Origin: Abditibacteriaceae bacterium
GTDB lineage: Bacteria; Armatimonadota; Abditibacteriia; Abditibacteriales; Abditibacteriaceae
NCBI GenBank assembly: GCA_965277285.1
Contig: OZ255721.1
Coordinates: forward strand, 160,001-224,000
Direction: 5' to 3'
DNA length: 64,000 nucleotides
Shown: positions 1 to 8,744 of the stretch, one piece after another
Layout: each line of letters begins with the position of its first letter
Position numbering within the stretch: the first letter of the stretch is position 1
Notes under the pieces: generated by a model
What the model saw: only the letters and a program-made list of their open reading frames with translations
Databases searched by the model: none
Told to the model about the DNA's origin: nothing
Made by a program: the position numbers and the translations under genes

Positions 1-154
1 AATGTTTAACGGCTGAAGGTTGAGAAACCGAACCTTTTTTAAGGTAAACCATTTTAGATGGCCTGCCGAAAGGCCTGTCGAGAATCGAGCGCTAAAACGA
101 TTTTGGTAATGTTGTGAGCTGAAGCGCAAGCGAACTTCGATTTAAGGGATTCTC

Positions 155-2488
155 ATGGTGCGGGGAACGAAAAGCATGGCTCACTCGAATCCGAGCAACG
201 CAGGAGTACTGCGACAACGACGCGACCGCTCGTTCGGTGGCTTGTTGTCGCTTGTCGCTTGTGTGCCGGTTTTGGTCGCTCTGGCAATTACCGCGAGCGC
301 CTCAATAATCGCCGTTCCAGCCAGTGCGGAACCGGCTTCTTCGAAGACTACGAAAACAGCAGCCAAAGAAAACGCGAGCCGATCAAAGAAAACGTCTTCT
401 CACACCGCATCGGCGTCTGCCGCTTCCTTATCTTCGCAGGGTTTGAGGGCATCAGTGTCGAGTACTCAACCGCGTGTTGTGAACTGGTTGCGCTCTCATC
501 CGCAGATTGCGCTTTTTGCGGGTGCTCTGGGCGTGTTGGCTTTGGCTGTCGGATTGGTGGCGATTACGCGACCGCCGCGCGTGCGTGGAGAAGTTCCGCC
601 GCCAGTCGGCGGTTCGGACGATGTCGAGCGCTTGCAAATGTTGCTTGACTTTGAGCAAGCCGCGCGCAAAGAAAACGAAGTTTTGTTTTGGAAAATGGCG
701 ATCCATGCGGGCGATGCGATGCACATCATGCACCCGCGCGAAGGCACAGTTCAATGGTTTGGCGGCATCGATGCGATGTTGGGCTATGCACAGAATTCGT
801 TTCCTCGCACTGTCGACGGTTGGGCGGTCAGCATTCATCCCGAAGAAAGCGCAAAAATCGTCGCGCTTTATACGACGGCCTGTCGCAAAAAAGAAGAATT
901 TAAGGCCGAATACCGGATACGCCATCGCAATGGAACGTATCGCGAGTGGTCGCATCGCGGTCGTCCGGTCACTGACGAGCGCCGCAACCTGATGAGTTTC
1001 GTCGGCGCCTGCACCGATGTCACCGAACGCAATCGAGCGCAACGCGACATGCGAGAAAATGAGGAAAAGTTCGGCAGCGTTCTTCAAGCGAACCCGGCAG
1101 CGATGCTGGTATGCGATGCGACGGGCCGTATCACGCTCGCCAACACCGCTGCGGAACAGCTTTTCGGCTGTGCGCCGGGAACTTTGGCGGATGCGCCTTA
1201 CGCGGGCGGCAGTTGGGACATCGTGGATCGAGATGGTATGGCTTTGCTGGACGGCCAGATGCCGCACGCTCTGGTGGCAGCGGCAAACGCTCCGCTCAGC
1301 GATGTGGAACACGCCATCGAGCGAGGCAACGGCGATGTCGCTTTTGTCGCGGTAAACGGCGCGCCTTTGCACGATGCGAGTGGCGCAGTCAGCGGCGCAG
1401 TTTTGTTTTTGAGCGATATTACCGAGCGCATACAACGTGAAAACCAAACGTTGCGCGAAGGTTTTTATGATGTTTTGACGGGCTTGGCAAAGCGCGCCTT
1501 GTTCCATGATCGCTTGGAACACGCTCTTCAACGCGCGGCCAATGCCGGAACACGGATCGCCATCTTGCTGCTTAATAATGAAAGCTGGAAAAGCGCCAGT
1601 GAAGAATTGGGCGAAGGCGCCAGCGAAGAATTATTGAAGATTACGGCGCAGCGTTTGGATGGCTCGTTGCGCGTCTTCGATACGGCAGCGCGCTTGACCG
1701 GCGGCGAGTTCGCCATTCTACTGGAAGATATTCCCGCTCTGGAAAACGCGCAAATCGTGATAGATCGAGTACTCGAAGCGCTGCTACAACCAATTTCACT
1801 GCGCGGTCAGGAACTTTTGGAATCGCCGCGTTTGGGAGCCGCTCTCAGCAGGCCGCGTTGCGCGCCCGAAGAAATTATGAGTTGGGCTACCGAAGCCTTG
1901 TCCGCAGCGCGCCATCAAGATGTGCGTTTCGCGTGGCACGAATCTTCGTTTGAATCGTTCGGCTCCGTCCTCACTGAAGAATCTGCGGCAGACGAGGCAG
2001 TCGAAGAAACCCAGATTGTGCAAGATGCGGTGGAAGATACGCTCGAAGCGGATGAAAAGTTAGATGTCACGAACGGCTCCTCAAACGGCGCACCGAAAGA
2101 AGCGGCTGGCTTGCTTGGGCCGACATTTTATTTTTCTACAAACGTCGTGAGCGATGTCGTATCGGGTAATGGCACTGTGAACGGCGCGTTGGCTCCTGGG
2201 CTGGCGGTACATCGTGTCACCTCCGACGGCGTTCTGGTAGACGAAGAAACTTCGATGGACGAAGACGACGATGCAGTTTTTCCTCATGCCGTAGCGAACG
2301 GTCACGTCATCAAAAGCCTGCCGCCGATCCACGAACTGAAGCATGAACTCAAGGTCGTCGGCTCTATCTCTGAGGAAAGTATCAGGGCGTTGCAGGAAGA
2401 GCGTGCCAGCAAAATACCTTTGGAAAAAGAAGCAAATACATCATCCGATGATTCCGAAGAAGTCACGAGATTGTTAAAACAAGCCTAA
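155..2488 (+). CDS. Membrane-anchored PAS/PAS/GGDEF-like protein (degenerate diguanylate cyclase domain)
   Basis: Two hydrophobic N-terminal segments, PAS/PAC motifs (IHPEE, EYRIRHRNGTYR, GACTDVTER), YDVLTGLAKRALF, and RLTGGEF in place of GGDEF; acidic low-complexity tail. Start uncertain. Confidence 0.8.
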   Translation: MVRGTKSMAHSNPSNAGVLRQRRDRSFGGLLSLVACVPVLVALAITASASIIAVPASAEPASSKTTKTAAKENASRSKKTSSHTASASAASLSSQGLRASVSSTQPRVVNWLRSHPQIALFAGALGVLALAVGLVAITRPPRVRGEVPPPVGGSDDVERLQMLLDFEQAARKENEVLFWKMAIHAGDAMHIMHPREGTVQWFGGIDAMLGYAQNSFPRTVDGWAVSIHPEESAKIVALYTTACRKKEEFKAEYRIRHRNGTYREWSHRGRPVTDERRNLMSFVGACTDVTERNRAQRDMRENEEKFGSVLQANPAAMLVCDATGRITLANTAAEQLFGCAPGTLADAPYAGGSWDIVDRDGMALLDGQMPHALVAAANAPLSDVEHAIERGNGDVAFVAVNGAPLHDASGAVSGAVLFLSDITERIQRENQTLREGFYDVLTGLAKRALFHDRLEHALQRAANAGTRIAILLLNNESWKSASEELGEGASEELLKITAQRLDGSLRVFDTAARLTGGEFAILLEDIPALENAQIVIDRVLEALLQPISLRGQELLESPRLGAALSRPRCAPEEIMSWATEALSAARHQDVRFAWHESSFESFGSVLTEESAADEAVEETQIVQDAVEDTLEADEKLDVTNGSSNGAPKEAAGLLGPTFYFSTNVVSDVVSGNGTVNGALAPGLAVHRVTSDGVLVDEETSMDEDDDAVFPHAVANGHVIKSLPPIHELKHELKVVGSISEESIRALQEERASKIPLEKEANTSSDDSEEVTRLLKQA

Positions 2489-2601
2489 TCTTGTTGTGCC
2501 CGAACCGCCGATTCCCAAGAACGGCGGTTTTTGCGTGTCTTGGTGCGGTTTTTGTATGCTTGAAGAACGCCCATCTAACATTTTTGGAGAATCGAGTACT
2601 C

Positions 2602-4194
2602 ATGCCCCACGTTTTAATCTGCGATGCCGTCGCTGAAGACGGTCTTCGCATTCTGGAAAAAGCCGCGCAGGTCACCGTCAAAACAGGCTTGAAAGAAGCC
2701 GAACTGATTGAAATCGTCGCCGATTACGACGCGATTATGGTGCGCTCGGCGACCAAAATCACGCGCCCCGTTTTAGAAGCCGCCACCAAATTGCAAATTG
2801 TCGGACGCGCTGGCGTTGGCATCGATAACATTGATGTTCAAGCTGCAACCGAGCGCGGCGTGATCGTTGTTAATTCACCGGCGGGCAACACGGTCGCGGT
2901 CGCGGAACTGACGCTGGGCATGATGATTTCGCTGGTGCGCCGTTTAAGTCCCGCCGACAAAAGCGTCAAAAACGGCGAATGGAAGCGTTCGGCGTTCATG
3001 GGCAGCGAGATTTATGGCAAAACGCTGGGCGTTATTGGAACCGGAAAAATCGGTACCGAAGTCATCAAGCGCGCGCAAAGTTTCGGCATGAAAGTGCTGG
3101 GCTACGATCCGTTCTTAACGAGTACTCGAGCGCATCAACTGGACATCGAAGCGACGACCATCGACGATATTCTGGCTCGCGCCGATTTCGTCACTTTGCA
3201 CACGCCGCTGACCAAAGACACCAAGCATCTGATCAACGCCGATTCGATTGCGCGCATGAAAGATGGCGCCTACATTCTCAACTGCGCGCGCGGCGGCATC
3301 ATCGACGAAACGGCGCTTTATAACGCTTTGAAAAGCGGCAAATTGGGCGGCGCCGCATTGGATGTTTTCGAGACTGAACCGCCCACAGAATCGCCTTTGC
3401 GCGAACTGGATAACGTTTTGCTGACGCCGCATTTGGGTGCCAGCACCGAAGAAGCGCAAGTCGAAGTCGCGCTGGACGTGGCAAGGCAAATCGTCGATGT
3501 TTTTGGCGGAAGGCCGCCGCAAAGCGCTGTCAACTTGCCGCCTTTGCCGCCCGAAACGCGCGAATTTATCGGGCCGTTTTTGCCGCTGATGGAAAAACTG
3601 GGACGAATGCAGGCGCAATTGGCCGAAGGCCGCATCGAGCGCGTACAAATCGAGTACTGCGGCGACTTGCACAACTTCGATACATCGGCGTTGACGCGCG
3701 TTTTTCTTAAAGGCTTGTTGCAGCCGTCTTTCGATCAGGTCGTTTCCTACGTCAACGCGCCGATTTTGGCCGAACAGCGCGGCGTTGCGGTCAGTGAAAC
3801 CAAGTGCGACAACAGCGAAGATTACTCGAATCTGGTTATTACGCGTGTCATTCGCAACGACAATGGGCACGAACGCGCGCGGCAAATCGATGGCACGGTT
3901 TTCAATGAAAAAAATCCACACATCGTCGGCATTCAGGGTTTGCGCGTCGATGTGGTTCCCGAAGGCACGCTGCTGGTCATTCCCAATACGGACAAGCCTG
4001 GCATGATCGGTCGCGTCGGCACCATTCTGGGCAACGCGCAAATTAATATTGCTGGTATGCAAGTCGGAAGAACTAACGTCGGCGAACGCGCCGTGATGAT
4101 CATTTCGCTGGAAGAACCGGTTTCCAGTGAAGTTTTGGCGCAACTGGAAACTCAAGACGATTTGTTCGGCGCGCGACAGGTCGATCTGCGTTGA
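2602..4194 (+). CDS. serA: D-3-phosphoglycerate dehydrogenase
   Basis: GRAGVGIDNID, GTGKIG NAD-binding motif, NCARGGI, TPHLGAST, C-terminal ASB+ACT (DKPGMIG). ATG at 2602 follows GGAGA. Confidence 0.95.
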   Translation: MPHVLICDAVAEDGLRILEKAAQVTVKTGLKEAELIEIVADYDAIMVRSATKITRPVLEAATKLQIVGRAGVGIDNIDVQAATERGVIVVNSPAGNTVAVAELTLGMMISLVRRLSPADKSVKNGEWKRSAFMGSEIYGKTLGVIGTGKIGTEVIKRAQSFGMKVLGYDPFLTSTRAHQLDIEATTIDDILARADFVTLHTPLTKDTKHLINADSIARMKDGAYILNCARGGIIDETALYNALKSGKLGGAALDVFETEPPTESPLRELDNVLLTPHLGASTEEAQVEVALDVARQIVDVFGGRPPQSAVNLPPLPPETREFIGPFLPLMEKLGRMQAQLAEGRIERVQIEYCGDLHNFDTSALTRVFLKGLLQPSFDQVVSYVNAPILAEQRGVAVSETKCDNSEDYSNLVITRVIRNDNGHERARQIDGTVFNEKNPHIVGIQGLRVDVVPEGTLLVIPNTDKPGMIGRVGTILGNAQINIAGMQVGRTNVGERAVMIISLEEPVSSEVLAQLETQDDLFGARQVDLR

Positions 4195-4411
4195 AAGGAG
4201 GGCAGCAATTGACCTTGCGAAGCGCCGAAATACGGAAGTTGGCAGCCGTCAAATTTCGTGATGGAAATCGAGTACTCGAATGGGAAATGGCGAAGCAAAT
4301 TGGTCGAGTGCGAGACACAAAGCGTGCATTGTTTTGCATAATCTGGTACAACGTGAGAGGTGTTTTGCAAAGTGAAGCACAAACAGTCAATTTTTCAGAC
4401 AAGAGGAACAA

Positions 4412-4813
4412 ATGAACAACTTTCGTAAATTTGCCGTGATTACGGCTACAGGTGCCGTCATGGCCAGCGCTTTGGTCGCCGGATGCGGCGGTGGCAGCGA
4501 TGCCAATTCGACAGACACCAACACCACCGAAGCCACCAACACCGTAATTAGCAACACGACCATTAGCAACAGCGCCAGCAACAGCGTAAGCAACACGGCC
4601 ACCGACAACAGCGCCAGCAACACGGCCACCGACAACAGCACAAGCAACACAACCACCGACAACAGCGCCAGCAATAGCGCGATGGGCAACACGGCTACAG
4701 GCAACAGCGCCATGGGCAACACGGCTACGGGCAACACGGCCATGAGCAGCACGACAACTCACAGTTCGACGACCACGAAGAAAGCAACGACAGCCCCGTC
4801 GCCCAAGATGTAA
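4412..4813 (+). CDS. Ser/Thr/Asn-rich low-complexity lipoprotein
   Basis: GAGG RBS, lipobox LVAGC, tandem repeats NTATDNSAS and MGNTATGNSA. Confidence 0.75.
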   Translation: MNNFRKFAVITATGAVMASALVAGCGGGSDANSTDTNTTEATNTVISNTTISNSASNSVSNTATDNSASNTATDNSTSNTTTDNSASNSAMGNTATGNSAMGNTATGNTAMSSTTTHSSTTTKKATTAPSPKM

Positions 4814-4893
4814 AACACGACGAAAAAGCCGTGCATCGTCAAAGTTTCTCGTTCAAGGATGTTCACGAAAAACTCTAAGCGATCATAGAAAAT

Positions 4894-4931
4894 AAAAGAA
4901 GCATTGGCGCGAAATAGCCAATGCTTCTTTT
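4894..4931. terminator. Bidirectional-type intrinsic terminator hairpin
   Basis: AAAAGAAGCATTGGC-loop-GCCAATGCTTCTTTT downstream of the lipoprotein gene. Confidence 0.7.
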
Positions 4932-5051
4932 CGTTGGCATCCTCGTTAAACCTCGAAATTTCGGGTTTTAATCTTTTTCTTTCAAGATTCCATATAACGA
5001 GTACTCGATAGTGATTCGTAATGGCGTTTCGTGTCATACTCTTTTGCGATT

Positions 5052-5468
5052 ATGGCCATTTCTCCGATTCCCTTTCACTCGCAACCCGCGCCAGAAACGC
5101 CAAAAGAAATGACGTTTTTCGAGCAAGTTGGCGGCGCGCCCGCTTTCGAGCGATTAGTCGAACACTTTTACAATGGCGTTTCCCGCGACGCGACTTTGCG
5201 CCCGATGTATCCCGCAGACTTGACCGAAAGCAAGCGACATTTGGCGTTGTTTTTGATGCAATATTTCGGCGGCCCGACGACGTATTCCGATGAACGCGGC
5301 CATCCTCGCTTGCGCATGCGACACTTGCCGTTTTCTGTTGGACAAGCTGAACGCGATGCCTGGATGCGCCACATGACAGCCGCCGTAGAAACTGAAATGC
5401 CGCCACAATTTCACGAAGTTTTGCTTGATTACTTCGGTCGCGTGGCAACCTTTATGATGAATCGCTGA
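5052..5468 (+). CDS. Group II truncated hemoglobin (GlbO-like)
   Basis: FEQVGG..F.RLVEHFY, FLMQYFGGP..YSDERGHPRLRMRH. Alternative start at 5109. Confidence 0.9.
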   Translation: MAISPIPFHSQPAPETPKEMTFFEQVGGAPAFERLVEHFYNGVSRDATLRPMYPADLTESKRHLALFLMQYFGGPTTYSDERGHPRLRMRHLPFSVGQAERDAWMRHMTAAVETEMPPQFHEVLLDYFGRVATFMMNR

Positions 5469-5497
5469 AATTGAGATACGCGAAGTTATCGCGGCAT

Positions 5498-5571
5498 GGA
5501 AAGAGTGGTGTAACGGAAGCACGCCGCTCTCAAGAAGCGGAGGGTGCGGGTTCAAATCCCGCCTCTTTCCA
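5498..5571 (+). tRNA. Non-canonical tRNA-like gene, anticodon CAA (Leu-type), 8-bp acceptor stem, short variable loop
   Basis: GGAAAGAG/CTCTTTCC-A; D stem GTGT/GCAC with loop AACGGAA; anticodon arm CCGCT-CTCAAGA-AGCGG; T arm GCGGG-TTCAAAT-CCCGC. Confidence 0.8.
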
Positions 5572-5660
5572 GTTTTAATCCATTGGCTGAAAAATTCGAG
5601 ACCTCCGTGAATCTTCCAACTTGTGCATTGGGCGCAGTGTTCCTAAAATCATGCAGGTTG

Positions 5661-5733
5661 GGAAGCCGTAGTTTAATGGAAGAACGCCCGCTTGCTTAGC
5701 GGAAGGTGAAGGTTCAAATCCTTTCGGTTTCCA
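5661..5733 (+). tRNA. Non-canonical tRNA-like gene, anticodon GCT (Ser-type), 8-bp acceptor stem, short variable loop
   Basis: GGAAGCCG/CGGTTTCC-A; D arm GTTT-AATGGAA-GAAC; anticodon arm CCGC-TTGCTTA-GCGG; T arm GAAGG-TTCAAAT-CCTTT. Confidence 0.75.
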
Positions 5734-5742
5734 CCTGGCTAT

Positions 5743-5815
5743 GGAAATGGTAGATCAAGGGAAGAGCGCCCGCCCGTCACGCGGGAGATGCGGGTTCGAG
5801 TCCCGCCCATTTCCA
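5743..5815 (+). tRNA. Non-canonical tRNA-like gene, anticodon GTC (Asp-type), 8-bp acceptor stem, C33
   Basis: GGAAATGG/CCATTTCC-A; D arm GATC-AAGGGAA-GAGC; anticodon arm CCCGC-CCGTCAC-GCGGG; T arm GCGGG-TTCGAGT-CCCGC. Confidence 0.8.
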
Positions 5816-5859
5816 CTTTCTTCCACTTTACGCAATCGAGTACTCGAACTAAAGAAAAC

Positions 5860-5932
5860 GGACGCCGTAGCTCAAGGGAAGAGCGCTCGAATGGCATTCG
5901 AGAAGTGAAGGTTCGAGTCCTTCCGGCTTCCA
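5860..5932 (+). tRNA. Non-canonical tRNA-like gene, anticodon GGC (Ala-type), 8-position acceptor stem, no G3.U70
   Basis: GGACGCCG/CGGCTTCC-A (one C-T mismatch); D arm GCTC-AAGGGAA-GAGC; anticodon arm CTCGA-ATGGCAT-TCGAG; T arm GAAGG-TTCGAGT-CCTTC. Confidence 0.8.
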
Positions 5933-5957
5933 CTTTTTCATCTGTCCGCATTTTGCC

Positions 5958-7340
5958 ATGAACATTTCGCCGCGCGAACGGGAAATTTGCCTGCAGTTTT
6001 TGCAGCAGATTTCCGAGGAACCTGCGCTCATCGACAACGACGAGCGCATGAAAAGCTTGATTGCCAAGATTCATAAAGAAGGCAAACGAGGCCAGCGCCG
6101 CCACGCGCGACAAGAGCGCACTCATCACGACCGCCAACTCAAAGCACAAACCGCGACCGCTCAAAAAGATTGCACAACGTCACTTCCCGTGTTGCCGCAA
6201 ACCGCTTCCCATTCAACTGACGCCGACAATTTCGATGAAGCAAATGCCACGTTTTTCGATGAGAAATTACATCGGGCGACGCGCTGCTACATTTGCAAAG
6301 AGCCTTATCGAGACGTTCATTTTTTCTATCATTTGCTGTGTCCAGGTTGCGCCGCCTTCAATTATCAAAAGCGAATGCAACGCGCCGATTTAAGCGGGCG
6401 CGTCGCTTTGATTACTGGCGCACGCATCAAAATCGGGCACGAAATGGCTTTGCAAATGCTGCGCGATGGAGCAGAAGTTATCGTCACGACGCGTTTTGCG
6501 CGCGATGCCGCGGAGCGTTTTTCGCGTGCACCCGACTTTCCCGAATGGCGCGACCGCTTGAGCATTTATCCTCTCGATTTGCGCGACATTCCTGCCGTGG
6601 AAGCCTTCGCCGCACACCTTTCGAGTACTCGAACGTCGCTCGATATTCTGATTAACAACGCTGCACAAACCATCAAGCGACCACCCGCGTTTTATCGTCA
6701 CTTGCAAGAAAGTGACGAACGCAAAGTGTTGATGGCTGGCGCGCCGGAAACGATGATAGTTCATCGTGTGCCGTCCAATGAAAATGAAGACGACCTTTAT
6801 TTTCCTGCTGGGTTTTTCGATGCGCACGGGCAGCAAATGGATTTGCGACCTCTCAACAGTTGGCGCTTGCGCCTGGGCGAAGTCGAAACCTGGGAAATGC
6901 TCGAAGTGCAATTGGTCAATGCAGTTGCGCCGTTCCTTTTGAATAGCCGCCTGAAACCGCTACTGCTGCGTTCAAACTTTGAGCGACGTTTCATCATCAA
7001 CGTGTCGGCGATGGAAGGACAATTTAATCGTGTTGGCAAAACCGCGTTTCATCCGCATACCAACATGGCCAAAGCCGCCTTGAACATGATGACACGCACT
7101 TCCGCCGCCGATTACGCGCGCGATGGCATTTATATGAACAGCGTCGATACCGGCTGGGTTACCGACGAAAACCCGCACGCGCAGAAAATTTATCAACAGC
7201 AAAGCGCCGCTTTCTACACGCCGCTGGATATTATCGACGGCATGGCGCGCCTTTATGACCCGATTGTGCAAGGCATTATGCAGCCCGCGGAACCGCTGCA
7301 CGGGCACTTTCTGAAAGATTACGCGCCGCACGACTGGTAA
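5958..7340 (+). CDS. SDR-family oxidoreductase with N-terminal CxxC/CxxC zinc-ribbon-like region
   Basis: CYICK...LCPGC, ALITGARIKIG, LINNAAQT, NVSAMEG, HPHTNMAKAALNM, NSVDTGW. Confidence 0.85.
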   Translation: MNISPREREICLQFLQQISEEPALIDNDERMKSLIAKIHKEGKRGQRRHARQERTHHDRQLKAQTATAQKDCTTSLPVLPQTASHSTDADNFDEANATFFDEKLHRATRCYICKEPYRDVHFFYHLLCPGCAAFNYQKRMQRADLSGRVALITGARIKIGHEMALQMLRDGAEVIVTTRFARDAAERFSRAPDFPEWRDRLSIYPLDLRDIPAVEAFAAHLSSTRTSLDILINNAAQTIKRPPAFYRHLQESDERKVLMAGAPETMIVHRVPSNENEDDLYFPAGFFDAHGQQMDLRPLNSWRLRLGEVETWEMLEVQLVNAVAPFLLNSRLKPLLLRSNFERRFIINVSAMEGQFNRVGKTAFHPHTNMAKAALNMMTRTSAADYARDGIYMNSVDTGWVTDENPHAQKIYQQQSAAFYTPLDIIDGMARLYDPIVQGIMQPAEPLHGHFLKDYAPHDW

Positions 7341-7359
7341 GAACACAACGGCAATTCTA

Positions 7360-7432
7360 CCCGACCGCGACCGCAAGGAAGCGAGCTTTATGTGGTTGTA
7401 GCAAAGCTCGCTTCCTTGCGGTCGTGGTCGGG
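7360..7432. repeat. REP-like long inverted repeat
   Basis: CCCGACCGCGACCGCAAGGAAGCGAGCTTT ... AAAGCTCGCTTCCTTGCGGTCGTGGTCGGG between the SDR and LRR genes. Confidence 0.8.
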
Positions 7433-7452
7433 CGAAGTTGCACAAAGGTTTT

Positions 7453-8628
7453 ATGAACGAACTGACGATTCATTGTCCCATCAAAAGCGTGGCGGCAATT
7501 GCGGCGCCCGATATTTCGCAAATCGCGCCGTTGCTGGAGCATTTGCGCTCTAACAATCGAGTACTCGAAGCGACGGTTTTTCCGCGTGGAACGGTTCTTG
7601 AAGATGGGCGACTGGATTTGTGCAAGCAAGGTATGGGACCGTCCGGTTGCCGCCTGGTAACGGAATCGTTGCGCTACAACACGACCATTAAAAGTCTTTT
7701 GCTGGGAACTGACGGTATCGGAAACGAAGGCGCGCGCGATGTCGCGCAGTTGGTTCAGACAAATCCAAATCTGCAAATCGTTTATCTGGGCTGCAACCGC
7801 ATCGAAAAAGAAGGTGCGACATTTCTGGCGCGTGCTTTGACGCACAACGCGAGCGTGACGGGATTGTGGCTCAAACGCAATCCAATTGGCGAAGATGGCG
7901 CGCAATCTGTGGCTGAAATGCTGCGTCACAATCGAACCTTGCGCTCGCTCGATCTGGTGAATACTGCGCCTGGCGACAAAGGTTTAGCCGCTTTATTAGA
8001 CGTTCTGACGCAAGAAAATCGCACGCTGGAGCGCTTGTATCTGGGTGGGAACGGCATCCAGAAAAATGCCGCTGTTCTTTTGGGCGCGCTGTTGGAAAAT
8101 AATCCGAACCTGCGCGCCTTGTTGCTCAATGTCAACTTTCTGGGCGATGAAGGCGCGACAACTTTGGCGAAATCGCTCCGCCAAAACCGCACTCTGACGG
8201 AACTGGGATTGGCAAGTAACGGCATCACCGTAAAGGGCGCGAAACCTTTGCTTGAAGCGATTGCGACGCATCCGACCTTGCGCTCGCTCGACTTGGGTTA
8301 CAGCGTTTCAACCAAAGTTTTAGGCGCGTCTGCCAACACGCTGGGCGATGAAGGCGCATCTCTCATCGCGCAAATGCTACACGAAAACAAAACACTGCAG
8401 CGCCTCGATTTGCGAGGCAACGGCTTCTCGGAAGAAGGAAAAATGCAAATCGTTGCGGCGTTGGAAGAAAATCAAACCTTGCGACATCTGGTTTTAGACG
8501 GCAAACAAAATGCGCGTTTAACGGCTTTGCTCGAACGCAATCGTCAGTCCGAGATGCAACTTCCCGCACCAGACGATGTTTTGCTGATTCGCAGCGTTTA
8601 TCGCACAGCGCGTTCAGCGAAGCGATGA
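7453..8628 (+). CDS. Leucine-rich repeat protein (ribonuclease-inhibitor/GALA-like repeats)
   Basis: About ten 28-aa repeats of type LxxLxLxxNxIGxxGAxxLAxxL. Confidence 0.9.
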   Translation: MNELTIHCPIKSVAAIAAPDISQIAPLLEHLRSNNRVLEATVFPRGTVLEDGRLDLCKQGMGPSGCRLVTESLRYNTTIKSLLLGTDGIGNEGARDVAQLVQTNPNLQIVYLGCNRIEKEGATFLARALTHNASVTGLWLKRNPIGEDGAQSVAEMLRHNRTLRSLDLVNTAPGDKGLAALLDVLTQENRTLERLYLGGNGIQKNAAVLLGALLENNPNLRALLLNVNFLGDEGATTLAKSLRQNRTLTELGLASNGITVKGAKPLLEAIATHPTLRSLDLGYSVSTKVLGASANTLGDEGASLIAQMLHENKTLQRLDLRGNGFSEEGKMQIVAALEENQTLRHLVLDGKQNARLTALLERNRQSEMQLPAPDDVLLIRSVYRTARSAKR

Positions 8629-8633
8629 GTTTT

Positions 8634-8700
8634 AACGAACCCCAAACGTAAGCGCGAAGCTGAAGTCCTTGTCACGTCAGCCTCACGCTTGCGATTCGCT
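8634..8700. repeat. Degenerate copy of the ACGAACCCGAAGCGT REP-like family
   Basis: AACGAACCCCAAACGTAAGCG...CGCTTGCGATTCGCT resembles the copies at 26038 and 34645. Confidence 0.5.
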
Positions 8701-8744
8701 AAGGTCTCCGCGATCATCGAGTACTCGATAGTTCAAATGTGAAT

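Noticed and set aside
44..106. GTAAACCATTTTAG and CTAAAACGATTTTG as LacI-type operators resembling 36838
   Set aside because: Imperfect symmetry and AT-rich promoter context make a chance match plausible.
5529..5535. Reading the first tRNA-like loop (CTCAAGA) as a UCA anticodon (Sec or opal suppressor), tempting given the 8/5 fold and the nearby UGA read-through candidate
   Set aside because: In a 7-nt loop with U33 the anticodon is CAA; there is no long variable arm or extended D stem as in tRNA-Sec.
5498..5932. Interpretation as tRNA-His-like (G-1:C73) or as ordinary Leu/Ser/Asp/Ala tRNAs
   Set aside because: None has a GTG anticodon, and the identity elements expected for the four anticodons are missing. 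A G-1 reading of the extra pair cannot be excluded without end mapping.
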